From assembly GCA_963829525.1 (NCBI GenBank), contig CAWHIJ010000003.1, positions 1,376,001 to 1,440,000 of the forward strand: a DNA stretch of 64,000 nt. Reading direction: 5' to 3'. Below the pieces are notes generated by a model. The model was not told where the DNA came from. It ran no database searches and saw only the letters and a list, made by a program, of their open reading frames with translations. Origin of the DNA: an uncultured Actinomycetota bacterium (GTDB taxonomy: Bacteria > Actinomycetota > Actinomycetes > JAHEKZ01). The translations under genes and the position numbers were made by a program. Position 1 is the first letter of the stretch. Every line of letters starts with the position of its first letter. Shown here piece after piece: positions 19,539-29,090 of the stretch.

Positions 19539-20582
19539 CTAACCTTCATCTCGACGGCGCAGCCATCGGGTCGGGTCGGTCGAGCCTGGGTGTGGTCGTT
19601 GGAGGATCTCCAGTCCAGACGGCGGCGTCCACGGCTCGCGATGGCGTCTCGTTTCTCTCCGCCGCCACCGAGCCGCCACTGCCTCCGGTGACGAGCGGAT
19701 CTCCCGATCGACGTACCGAACCACGAGGATCCCCAGCTCCTCCTCGAGCCACTCCTGGCGTAGCTTCTCGGTCCACATCGGGTCGACTGGCGCCGTGGGT
19801 CCGTCGTACTTTCCCCGGCCGTCGGCCTCTCCGGCGATTCCGAGCTCGTCCCACCAGTGGTCGGGCCTGACCTCCTTGCCGTCGAAGCGGAAGGTCACGT
19901 TGCACCACGGGCGCGGGACCCCCTGCACCATGAGCTCGCCGCGCCCCCGTGACTCCAGCGGCGACTCGGAGTGCCCGTCGGCCCAGTGCAGGGTCCGCCG
20001 AGCTCGGTGGCACCCCCTGACCTGGCCCAGGTCCTCGAGAATCGCTGACATCAGGTGGGGATCTGCTCCACGACGTAATGCGGCGTCCACAGTGATAAGC
20101 GCTTCGGGGGTGGGGAGGTCGATCGCGATGTCTACAGCCGTGCGCTCAAGACTGGTAACTGGCACCTGGTTCACAAGGACAACTACCTGTGGGCTCGGCC
20201 ACCGCCGAATGACCTTGGCGCCCTTGAGCGGCGCTGCGTGGGGTGGACGTAGGACCTCTGGGATCGGCGGGACCCTTGACACGGGCAAGCCCAAGGCAAG
20301 AGCCGCCGACCTCAGTCCGGCCACACTGGCGTTGCCCGTAACGGCAGACACTGCCCGGAGGTGCTCCGAGCGCTGTCGCTGCCACCGATCATCGCCATCG
20401 CCACTCCACGGCAGCACGTAGTAGCCGCGCGCTGGGCGGCACAGCATCCCCCGACGCAGCATGCGGTTGAGCGCGGCGCGATCCACCCCCCAATGCTCGA
20501 GCTGTGCTCGCCGCGCGCCACCGCCAACGATCATGAGTTGCTGGACGGCGAAGGAGCAGACGTCGTCCGGGTCGAGGTTCAC
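19539..20582 (-). CDS. AbiEi-like N-terminal domain / PD-(D/E)XK-like C-terminal domain protein (widespread actinobacterial family)
   Basis: RGYY, SAALALGLP, VTSLERTAVD, SESPLES, D..W....IAGEADGRGKY, EKLRQE. Confidence 0.7.
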   Translation of the reverse strand: MNLDPDDVCSFAVQQLMIVGGGARRAQLEHWGVDRAALNRMLRRGMLCRPARGYYVLPWSGDGDDRWQRQRSEHLRAVSAVTGNASVAGLRSAALALGLPVSRVPPIPEVLRPPHAAPLKGAKVIRRWPSPQVVVLVNQVPVTSLERTAVDIAIDLPTPEALITVDAALRRGADPHLMSAILEDLGQVRGCHRARRTLHWADGHSESPLESRGRGELMVQGVPRPWCNVTFRFDGKEVRPDHWWDELGIAGEADGRGKYDGPTAPVDPMWTEKLRQEWLEEELGILVVRYVDREIRSSPEAVAARWRRRETRRHREPWTPPSGLEILQRPHPGSTDPTRWLRRRDEG

Positions 20583-20767
20583 AGGTGAACAATCGACTGC
20601 CTGATGCGGTCGCGCAGCAATTTGAAGCGGCTGTGGACGGCGCCCATCTGCGATGACAGAGGGGCCGGCTCTCACGTGAGGGATAGGTACATCTGAGTAC
20701 TTCTGAAGGGCACCGCGGTGTACCGAACGCTCACGTGGGTGCCTCGGGATGGCGCTAGCGTGGTGGG

Positions 20768-22192
20768 ATGATCCCAGGAGAGTTGACCCGGCTGGCCGAC
20801 GCCGTGCGTGACGGAAGTGTGAGTGCTGCTGAGTTGGCAGCAGAAGCGCAGAGCAGGATCGACCAGCACGACGGGGCCATCAATGCGGTGGTCGCCAGGT
20901 GCGATGAGGCCGCGGAGGAGGCCGCACGTGCGGTGGACGCCGCAGTGGCCGCCGGGCGTGACCCGGGTCCGCTCGCAGGGATTCCGGTGCTCGTCAAGGA
21001 CCTCGAAGACGTCGAGGGGATGGTCACCACCCAGGGTTCGCTGCTCTTTGTCGACGCGCCTAGAGCCTCCGCGCACGGAACGGTGCCGCAGCGGTTGGTC
21101 GACGCGGGGGCGGTGATCGTCGGCAAGACGAACCTTCCCGAGTTCGCTACCGAGGGATACACCGAGAACCTGGCATTCGGCACCACGGGCAACCCGTGGC
21201 GGCTGGAGTACTCGCCGGGTGGGTCGAGCGGCGGAAGCGCGGCAGCGGTGGCGTCTGGCATGGTGCCGATTGCGACGGCGACCGACGGTGGCGGCTCGAT
21301 CCGGATTCCGGCCTCATTCTGTGGACTGGTCGGCATCAAGCCGACGCACGGTGTCATCGGCCGGTGGCCGGCTCCCGACTGGATCGACATGTCCACCGAG
21401 GGCCCATTCGCCACGACCGCCGATGACCTCGCGCTGCTCTGGCGGGTAATGGCGGGACGCGTCGACGGCGATCCCGGAGCGCTGCCCAAAGCGATGCTCG
21501 ATGTGGCGCCAGAGGCGTCGCCTGCTCGGCGGGTCTTTGTCGTTGACCGGTTCGCGGCTGACGCGGCGCTTCCTGATGACGTGCGTCGACCATTCGAGGC
21601 TGCTGTGCAGCAGATGGGTGAACTGCTCGCCGTCGAGACCGTCCCCATCAGTGCACGAGACCTCTGTGGCGAGGTCGACGTCGATGATGACTGGTTCACC
21701 ATCGCGACCGCTGAGCACGTTGCGCGCTTTGGGCGAGAGTGGGTCGAGAACGGCCTGGAGCAGATGCACCCCGCTGCGCGCGGCTTCATGGAGTGGGGGC
21801 TGGGGATCGATGTGGATCGGTATTTGGCCGCACGGCGTCGGCGCTTCCTGCTGGTGCGTTCACTCGACGCGCTGCTGGGCGATGACGCCGTGCTGCTCAG
21901 CCCGGTGAACGCGGCCGCCGGTTGGCTGGCAGACGGCCGAATGAGTTCTGACGACGAACCCGGGATGCTGCCACCCGACGTGTTCAACACTCCGTACACC
22001 AACATCAGCGGGCATCCGACGCTCTCGCTGCCCGCGGGCATGACTGACCTCGGGATCCCATTCGGACTGCAGGTGGTGGGTCCCCGGTATAGCGACGGAA
22101 TGCTGCTCGAGCTGGCCCGTCGCTGGGAGGTGGCTTACCCGTGGCCGCGGGTGGCGCCGGGTTACCGCACCTGGGCAGACGAGGTGCTGTGA
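20768..22192 (+). CDS. Amidase signature family protein
   Basis: GIPVLVKD, GGSSGGS, TDGGGSIRIPA. Confidence 0.92.
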   Translation: MIPGELTRLADAVRDGSVSAAELAAEAQSRIDQHDGAINAVVARCDEAAEEAARAVDAAVAAGRDPGPLAGIPVLVKDLEDVEGMVTTQGSLLFVDAPRASAHGTVPQRLVDAGAVIVGKTNLPEFATEGYTENLAFGTTGNPWRLEYSPGGSSGGSAAAVASGMVPIATATDGGGSIRIPASFCGLVGIKPTHGVIGRWPAPDWIDMSTEGPFATTADDLALLWRVMAGRVDGDPGALPKAMLDVAPEASPARRVFVVDRFAADAALPDDVRRPFEAAVQQMGELLAVETVPISARDLCGEVDVDDDWFTIATAEHVARFGREWVENGLEQMHPAARGFMEWGLGIDVDRYLAARRRRFLLVRSLDALLGDDAVLLSPVNAAAGWLADGRMSSDDEPGMLPPDVFNTPYTNISGHPTLSLPAGMTDLGIPFGLQVVGPRYSDGMLLELARRWEVAYPWPRVAPGYRTWADEVL

Positions 22193-23716
22193 GGCTCGTC
22201 TGCGACTGGGGGCGAGGCCGCATCTGCATCCTCAGCCGCATGGACGATGTTGCGGACCATCGATCCGAAGACGATGCCGTGGAACGGCGCGACCATCCAC
22301 CAGTACGCGTGACCCCAGAGGCCGCGCGGGTGGAAGATGGCACGCTGTCGGTAGGTGGTCGGGTCCTCGTCGACGGTCATCTCCAGCCACGCCAGGCCAG
22401 GTACCCGCATCTCAGCGCGGAGTCGCAGCAGTTTCTCGGGGATGCGCTCCTCCACCCGCCAGAAGTCGAGGGACTCTCCGACCATCAGACGGTTGGGGTC
22501 ACGGCGTCCACGCCGCAGCCCCACACCGCCGACTGCACGGTCCATCAGACCGCGTAGCTCCCACGCCAGCGGGAACGAGTACCAGCCGCGATCGCCTCCG
22601 ATGCCCTCGATGACTTGCCACAGCGCGGCCGGAGAAGCGCTCGTCTCGCGCTCGCGCTCGTCGGAGTAGAGGGAGCCTCCGGCCCAGTCGGGATCGGTCG
22701 GAAGCGGGTCGCTCGGCGCACCGAAGACCGAGGCGTTCGACCACCGCGTGGCGACATCGGCTTCCTTGATGCGCCGCAGTGCGAGTTCGACAGCGCGATC
22801 GAATCCCACGAGTCCATCGATGGGGTCAGGGATGTACTGCGCGATGTCGTGTTCGCGGCAGAAGACCTCGTGCTTGAGTGATGCCACCAGGGGGCGAGCG
22901 ATCGCGCGTGGCACTGGCGTCACAATCCCGACCCAGTGGCTCGACAGCGTCGGCGAAAGTACGGGTACCGGAACGATGACGCGGCGCCGTAGCTCGGCGA
23001 CGGCTGCGTACCGCTGCATCATGTCCTCGTAGGTGAGGATGTCGGGGCCGCCGATGTCGAACGCCCTGTTGACCTCCGATGGCAGGTCGGCTGACGCAAC
23101 GAGGTAACGGAGGACGTCGCGGATTGCGATCGGCTGGATGCGGTTGCGCACCCACTTGGGGGTGACCATCGCCGGCAGCCGCTCGGTGAGGTAACGGAGC
23201 ATCTCGAACGAGGCAGACCCTGAGCCGATGATCACGGCTGCGCGCAGCTCTGCCGTCGGCACGCCAGAGCTGCGCAGGATCTCGCCGACCCGAAGCCGCG
23301 ACGACAGGTGCACCGACAGCGATGCTGCCTGGCGGTCCCCCGCGTCCGAGCTCGGGGGAGTGAGCCCCCCGAGGTAGACGATGCGAGTGACGCCGGACGA
23401 GAGCGCCGCCTCGGCGAAGGTTGTCGCCATCGAAGCCTCTAACTGGTCGAATCCCTCGCCCTCGACGAGTGAGTGCAGCAGGTAGTAGGCAACATCGACG
23501 TCGCGCATCGCCGCCGCCACGGCCTGGGGGTCGGTGGCGTCACCGGCCACGATCTCGATCTGTTCGAGCCCAGGGGCGGTCACGCAGACGATCGGGAGAC
23601 CTGGCGAGGACGCGCACGGTGAATCCGGCAGCCAGCAGCTCGGGCACAAGTCGGCCACCGATGTATCCGGTCGCACCCGTGACGAGAACACGCCGTGAAG
23701 GGAGGGGCACGGTCAT
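22162..23716 (-). CDS. NAD(P)-binding SDR-like protein with C-terminal DUF2867 domain (frameshift near 23580)
   Basis: VLVTGATGYIGGRL in ORF 23540-24016 joins GSGSASFEMLRYL...LRAEMRVPGLAWLE...PRGLWG. Confidence 0.85.
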
Positions 23717-23775
23717 CAGTCTGCTGCCAAATGGCCTCCGGCACATCTGGACGGCCGCATGACACGATCGGCCCC

Positions 23776-24261
23776 ATGAGTCCGTGGCTTGAGATCGCCG
23801 TTTCGGTCGCGCTGGCGGTCGGTCTCGTCGGGGTGGTCGTCCCGGTCCTTCCTGGACTAATTCTGATGTGGGGTGCCGTCGGTGTCTGGGCGCTGCTCGA
23901 CGGGGGTGGTGCCTGGCGGTGGGCCACCTTCGCCGTTGTCTCGGTGCTTGCGCTCGTCGGCACCGTGGCTGCACTGACGCTGTCCGGGCGAAAGGCGACC
24001 GATGCCGGAGCGCCATGGTGGGCCTTGCTCCTGGCCCTGGTGGGGGCCGTTGCGGGGTTCATCATGATCCCGGTCGTCGGGGTCGTTGTAGGTGGCATCG
24101 GTGGGCTCTGGCTGGCCGAGCTCCTCCGGCTCCGGGACCCCAGAACGGCGTGGGACACGACTTGGGCGGCGCTACAGGGGTACGGGGTGGGGACTGTGGT
24201 CCAGATGGCCGTTGGCGTCGCAATCGTGCTGGTCTGGTCGGCAGGCGTCGTGCTCTCCTGA
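23776..24261 (+). CDS. DUF456 family membrane protein
   Basis: GLVGVVVPVLPG start, Gly-rich TM helices, LAE motif. Confidence 0.8.
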   Translation: MSPWLEIAVSVALAVGLVGVVVPVLPGLILMWGAVGVWALLDGGGAWRWATFAVVSVLALVGTVAALTLSGRKATDAGAPWWALLLALVGAVAGFIMIPVVGVVVGGIGGLWLAELLRLRDPRTAWDTTWAALQGYGVGTVVQMAVGVAIVLVWSAGVVLS

Positions 24262-24403
24262 GCCGGTGATCTTGGCCGACTCGCCGGGCCGATGGTGGCT
24301 TGGCTCAGCCCGGTCGGGCACAATGCGACGAGCGTGATGCACGCAACCGGCGTCCGGCCGGCGAGGTAGCTGGGGAAGGCGACCCTCGCAAAGGAGGCCG
24401 GAG

Positions 24404-24910
24404 ATGTCGTTTGCGCCCGCTACTCGTGGGGTGGTGTTCATCCACTCCGCGCCCGCTGCGCTGTGCCCACATGTCGAGTGGGCCATAGCCGGCGTGCTTG
24501 GTGGCCATGTCAGCCTCGAGTGGACGCCGCAACCGGCGCAGTCGGCCAGCTATCGTGCCGAGCTCTCGTGGCAGGGCGCCCCCGGCACTGCTGCGACCCT
24601 GACCTCCGCCATGCGCGGGTGGGAGCACGTCCGCTACGAGATCACCGAAGAAGCGTCCCCTGGATTTGAAGGGGAGCGCTACATGTACACGCCTTCGCTA
24701 GGGATCTTCCACGCGGTGATGGGGCTGCACGGCGACATCCTCGTGCCAGAAGACCGGATCCGGCTGGCCATGCTCGACTCCGAGTCCGGCAAGGGCGCGC
24801 TGCCCGAAGCGCTCGATCAGCTGCTGGGACGCCCTTGGGACGACGAACTTGAGACCTTCCGCTACGCCGGCGAGGGCGCGCCGGTCCGTTGGCTGCACCA
24901 GGTGATCTAG
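24404..24910 (+). CDS. DUF3145 family protein
   Basis: TRGVVFIHSAP.ALCPHVEWA and WDDELE.FR; usual neighbour of the actinobacterial fab cluster. Confidence 0.85.
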   Translation: MSFAPATRGVVFIHSAPAALCPHVEWAIAGVLGGHVSLEWTPQPAQSASYRAELSWQGAPGTAATLTSAMRGWEHVRYEITEEASPGFEGERYMYTPSLGIFHAVMGLHGDILVPEDRIRLAMLDSESGKGALPEALDQLLGRPWDDELETFRYAGEGAPVRWLHQVI

Positions 24911-24962
24911 CCGATCGATGCCTGGGGCATGTGGCCGGACGAGTCCCCTTCCCTGTCCGGTT

Positions 24963-25005
24963 GCGACGAGGCCCCTCCCGCGGTGACGTGGGAGGGGCTT
25001 GTCGC
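24963..25005. terminator. GC-rich hairpin between convergent genes
   Basis: GCGACGAGGCCCCTCCCGCG-GTGA-CGTGGGAGGGGCTTGTCGC. Confidence 0.65.
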
Positions 25006-25053
25006 GTCCCACCCCACGGTGCGAGCTGGTGATCCGCAGGGAGCGGGGGAGCG

Positions 25054-26490
25054 TTAGAGGGGGATGTTGCCGTGCCGACCGCGCAGTGGGGCGGCGGCGA
25101 CGATAGCCGCCGCGAGGGCTGAGCGCGTGACAGCGGGTTCGATGACCTCATCGACGACACCGAGCGACTTGGCCTTCTCAAGGCCACCGGCAATCAGTTC
25201 GTGCTCCTCTGCCAGCTCGAGCTCGACCTCGGCGCGGATGTCCTCGGGGAGATCTGCGAGGCGCCGCCGATGCAAGATGCGTACTGCAGCAATCGATCCC
25301 ATGACCGCAACGGTGGCCCCGGGCCAAGCAAACACTCGAGTGGCACCGAGCGCGCGGGAGTTCATCGCAATGTAGGCACCGCCGTACGCCTTGCGCGTGA
25401 CGACCGTGACGCGGGGCACGACGGCCTCGGCGAAGGCGTGCAGCAACTTCGCGCCGCGCCGTACGACGCCGTCCCACTCCTGGCCGACACCGGGCAGGTA
25501 GCCAGGAACATCGACGACCACGATCAAGGGAACACCGAACGCATCACACATGCGGACGAAGCGAGCGGCTTTCTCGGCGGAGGGTGAGTCGAGGCAACCA
25601 CCGAGCCGCAGTGGGTTGTTGGCAATCACACCGACCGTGCGTCCGCCCAGGCGGCCGAGGGTCGTGACGATATTCGGCGCCCAGCGTTCGTGCAACTCCA
25701 CCGATGAGCCTTCGTCGAGCAGGTGTTCGACCAGTGGATGGACGTCGTAGGCGCGCTTGGCCGATTCGGGCAGGTGCTCTTCGAGATCGACGTCGACAAT
25801 CGGGGTGGACGACTGGAGCTCGCCTTGAGCGCCAAACAGGTACGTGAGCGACCGCGCCCTCTCGAGCGCTTCCTCGTCGGTCTCGGTGGCGATGTGCACG
25901 ACGCCGCTGCGGCGCGCGTGTGGTTCGGCGCCGCCGAGCCGCTCCATGTTGACGTCCTCGCCGGTAACAGAGCGGACGACGTCCGGGCCGGTGACGAACA
26001 CCCGGCCGTTCGGGCCGAGGATGACGATGTCGGTGAGTGCCGGGCCGTATGCGGCACCACCGGCGGCCGCGCCGAGCACGACCGAGATCTGCGGAATGCG
26101 TCCAGACGCCCTGGTCATGATGTTGAAGACCTCGCCGACGGCGTGCAACGAGACAACACCTTCGGCCAGGCGAGCACCGCCGGAGTGCCACAGCCCGATG
26201 ACGGGGATCTCGTCGGCAAGCGCCCGCGCATAGGCGGCGAGGATGACCTTGCAGCCCTCGGCCCCCATCGCGCCGCCCATGATGGTGGCGTCAGAGCAGA
26301 ACGCAACGGCGTGCGTCCCGTTGACGAGACCGTGGCCGGCGAGCATGCCGGAGTCACCGTCGGCGGTGAGTGCGACGTAGGTGCCGTCGTCAAACAATGC
26401 ACGGAGCCGCTTGTTCGGGTTCCTCGGGTCGTCCTCGCGCGCGACCTTGGGCTTCTTGGCCGCCGGAGCCGGTTGCTCGGTGGTGGTCAC
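25054..26490 (-). CDS. Acyl-CoA carboxylase carboxyltransferase (beta) subunit, AccD6-like
   Basis: SGGARLAEG, GGAAYGPALTD, DVPGYLPG, RKAYGGAY, HGNIPL. Confidence 0.95.
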   Translation of the reverse strand: MTTTEQPAPAAKKPKVAREDDPRNPNKRLRALFDDGTYVALTADGDSGMLAGHGLVNGTHAVAFCSDATIMGGAMGAEGCKVILAAYARALADEIPVIGLWHSGGARLAEGVVSLHAVGEVFNIMTRASGRIPQISVVLGAAAGGAAYGPALTDIVILGPNGRVFVTGPDVVRSVTGEDVNMERLGGAEPHARRSGVVHIATETDEEALERARSLTYLFGAQGELQSSTPIVDVDLEEHLPESAKRAYDVHPLVEHLLDEGSSVELHERWAPNIVTTLGRLGGRTVGVIANNPLRLGGCLDSPSAEKAARFVRMCDAFGVPLIVVVDVPGYLPGVGQEWDGVVRRGAKLLHAFAEAVVPRVTVVTRKAYGGAYIAMNSRALGATRVFAWPGATVAVMGSIAAVRILHRRRLADLPEDIRAEVELELAEEHELIAGGLEKAKSLGVVDEVIEPAVTRSALAAAIVAAAPLRGRHGNIPL

Positions 26491-27752
26491 GGGTAGCTCC
26501 GGAAGGCAAGGGCGACGTTGTGGCCGCCAAAACCGAACGAGTTGTTGAGCGCAACGGCGCCGGGAAAACGGTCGTCGGCCAGCTTGCGGGCCTGGCCGGA
26601 GACGATGTCTAGCTGCACCTCGGGATCGAGATTCTCGAGGTTGATGGTCGGAGGCACCAGCTGATCGTGCAGCGCCATGACGGAGGCCAGAGACTCGACG
26701 GCACCGGCAGCACCGAGCAGGTGCCCCGTCATCGACTTGGTGGACGTAACGGCCACCTGTGCTGCGGCTTCTCCAAGCGCGGTACGAATCGCCAGCGCTT
26801 CGGCAACGTCACCCTGCGGCGTGCTCGTGCCGTGGGCATTGATGTGAACGACATCTGAAGACTCCGCGTCGGCATCGGCGAGGGCCATCCGCATCGCGCG
26901 AGTTGCTCCCTTACCTTCCGGGTCGGGCTGGGCGATGTGGTGACCGTCGGCGGTGATACCGGCTCCGGCCACCTCGCCGTAGATCTTCGCGCCGCGTGCC
27001 TTGGCGTGTTCGGCGGTCTCAATGACGAGCACTGCGGCACCCTCGCCGAAGACGAAGCCATCTCGCTCGGTGTCCCAGGGCCGGGACGCAGCCGGTGGGT
27101 CGTCATTGCGTTTGGAGAGCGCTCGCATCGCGGCGAAGGCGGCGAGCGGAAGCGGGTGAATGCAGGCCTCAGTGCCACCGACGACGACCACGTCGGCGCG
27201 GCCGCCGCGAATCATGGCCAGACCTTGAGCAACCGCCTCGGCGCCGGATGCGCACGCCGAGACCGGCGTGTGAACTCCAGCGCGAGCTGAGATCTCCAGG
27301 CCGACGACCGCAGCCGGGCCATTGGGCATGAGCATGGGAATGGTGTGCGGGCTGACCCGACGCGGGCCCGACTCGCGGTAGATGTCCCACTGGCCGAGCA
27401 GGGTGAGGGCACCACCGATGCCGGTGGCGATGCTGACGCCGAGTCGTTCGGGGTCGACGTCGGGCGTTCCGGCGTCCGCCCATGCTTCGCGCGCCGCGAT
27501 GAGCGCGAGCTGCTGGGTCCGGTCGAGTTTGCGTGCTTCGACGCGGTCGAGAACCTCGCCTGGTTCCACCGCTACACGAGCGGCGAACTGCACCGGAAGC
27601 TCCGACGCCCACTCCTCAGTGAGGGAGCGGACGCCGGAGCGTCCAGCGAGCAGTCCGTCCCAGGTTGACGCGACGTCGCCACCGACTGGCGTTGTGGCGC
27701 CGAGGCCGGTGATCACGACAGTCTGCGCATCAGACCTGGGTGAGGCTGACAT
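26487..27752 (-). CDS. fabF: Beta-ketoacyl-ACP synthase II
   Basis: SACASG, NAHGTST, TKSMTGHLLGA, NSFGFGGHN. Confidence 0.95.
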   Translation of the reverse strand: MSASPRSDAQTVVITGLGATTPVGGDVASTWDGLLAGRSGVRSLTEEWASELPVQFAARVAVEPGEVLDRVEARKLDRTQQLALIAAREAWADAGTPDVDPERLGVSIATGIGGALTLLGQWDIYRESGPRRVSPHTIPMLMPNGPAAVVGLEISARAGVHTPVSACASGAEAVAQGLAMIRGGRADVVVVGGTEACIHPLPLAAFAAMRALSKRNDDPPAASRPWDTERDGFVFGEGAAVLVIETAEHAKARGAKIYGEVAGAGITADGHHIAQPDPEGKGATRAMRMALADADAESSDVVHINAHGTSTPQGDVAEALAIRTALGEAAAQVAVTSTKSMTGHLLGAAGAVESLASVMALHDQLVPPTINLENLDPEVQLDIVSGQARKLADDRFPGAVALNNSFGFGGHNVALAFRSYP

Positions 27753-27755
27753 GGG

Positions 27756-28001
27756 TCAGGCACCCGCCTGCGCGATGTAGGTCACGGCATCACCAACGGT
27801 GCGGAGGTCCTTGACGTCGTCGTCAGGGATCTTGACGCCGAACTTCTCCTCGGCGGCGACAACCACCTCCACCATCGACAGTGAGTCGATGTCTAGGTCG
27901 TCGGTGAAGGCCTTGTCGAGCTGAACGCTGTCGACGGGCACGCCGGCAACCTCGTTCACGATCTCAGCGAGGCCGCTGAGGATCTCTTGCTGGTCCGCCA
28001 T
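27756..28001 (-). CDS. acpP: Acyl carrier protein
   Basis: DLDIDSLSMVE phosphopantetheine site; SD AAGGAG. Confidence 0.97.
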   Translation of the reverse strand: MADQQEILSGLAEIVNEVAGVPVDSVQLDKAFTDDLDIDSLSMVEVVVAAEEKFGVKIPDDDVKDLRTVGDAVTYIAQAGA

Positions 28002-28082
28002 GGGAACTCCTTGTTCTGGCTATGTGTTGCTCTCGGACTGTTCGGTTTACTGCGTTCCCGCTAGGGCGGGAGGTCAAGATGA

Positions 28083-29090
28083 CTATGGCACGACGACCAC
28101 CTGGGCGGAGTAGACCAAGCCGGCCCCGAAACCGATGAGGAGCGCGAGGTCACCGCTCTTGATCTGCCCCTCTTCGAGCATCCGGCCCATCGCCAGTGGG
28201 ATCGACGCCGCCGAAGTGTTGCCCGTCTCGGCGATGTCGCGGGCGACGACCACGGACTCTGGCAGCCCCAGCTTCTTGATCATTGCGTCGGTGATCCGCA
28301 TGTTGGCTTGGTGCGGAATGAACACATCGAGGTCGTCCACCCCGATGCCGGCACTGTCCAGGGCCTCTTTGGCGACCTTGGCCATGTCGAACACCGCCCA
28401 GCGGAAGACCTGCTGACCGTTCATCCGCAGCGATGGGAACTTGTGGCTGGCTCCGTTGCGGAATACCTGCCAAGGGACGTCTTGGATTATCGCCTCGGTC
28501 TGGGCGCCGTCCGAGCCCCACACCACCGGACCGATGGCCGGCGTCTCCGATGGTCCGATGACAACCGCGCCAGCCCCGTCGCCAAAGATGAAAGCGATGC
28601 CGCGGTCGGTGGGATCGGTGATGTCGGAGAGCTTCTCCACGCCGACCAGCAGGACACGGGTGGAGCTGCCGCCGCGAATCAGGTCTTGGGCGATTGCCAG
28701 GCCGTAGCTGAAACCGGCGCAGGCCGCACTGATGTCGAAAGCTGCCGGGGCGCCGGCTCCGAGCCGGTAGGCGAGCTCTGCGGCGGCCGAGGGCGTCTGC
28801 AAGAGGTGCGTGACCGTGCACACAACGACAGCGTCCAGCTGGTCGGCGCCGATACCAGCTCCAGCGAGCGCCTTCTCGGCCGCTGCCGCAGCCATGTCGA
28901 CGACACTCTCGTCGTCGGCTGCGAAGTGTCGGGTGATGATGCCCGTGCGCTCGCGGATCCACTCGTCAGAGGAGTCGATCTGTTCGCAGATCTCGTCATT
29001 GGTCACCACTCGCGAAGGGCGGTAGGCGCCAACGCCAAGAATTCGGGCGTAGCGAGCGCCGGTGCGGGGTGCCAGCGAAACGCCGGTCAC
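28083..29090 (-). CDS. fabH: Beta-ketoacyl-ACP synthase III
   Basis: AACAGF, FGDGAGA, PHQAN, GNTSAAS, GFGAG. Confidence 0.97.
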   Translation of the reverse strand: MTGVSLAPRTGARYARILGVGAYRPSRVVTNDEICEQIDSSDEWIRERTGIITRHFAADDESVVDMAAAAAEKALAGAGIGADQLDAVVVCTVTHLLQTPSAAAELAYRLGAGAPAAFDISAACAGFSYGLAIAQDLIRGGSSTRVLLVGVEKLSDITDPTDRGIAFIFGDGAGAVVIGPSETPAIGPVVWGSDGAQTEAIIQDVPWQVFRNGASHKFPSLRMNGQQVFRWAVFDMAKVAKEALDSAGIGVDDLDVFIPHQANMRITDAMIKKLGLPESVVVARDIAETGNTSAASIPLAMGRMLEEGQIKSGDLALLIGFGAGLVYSAQVVVVP

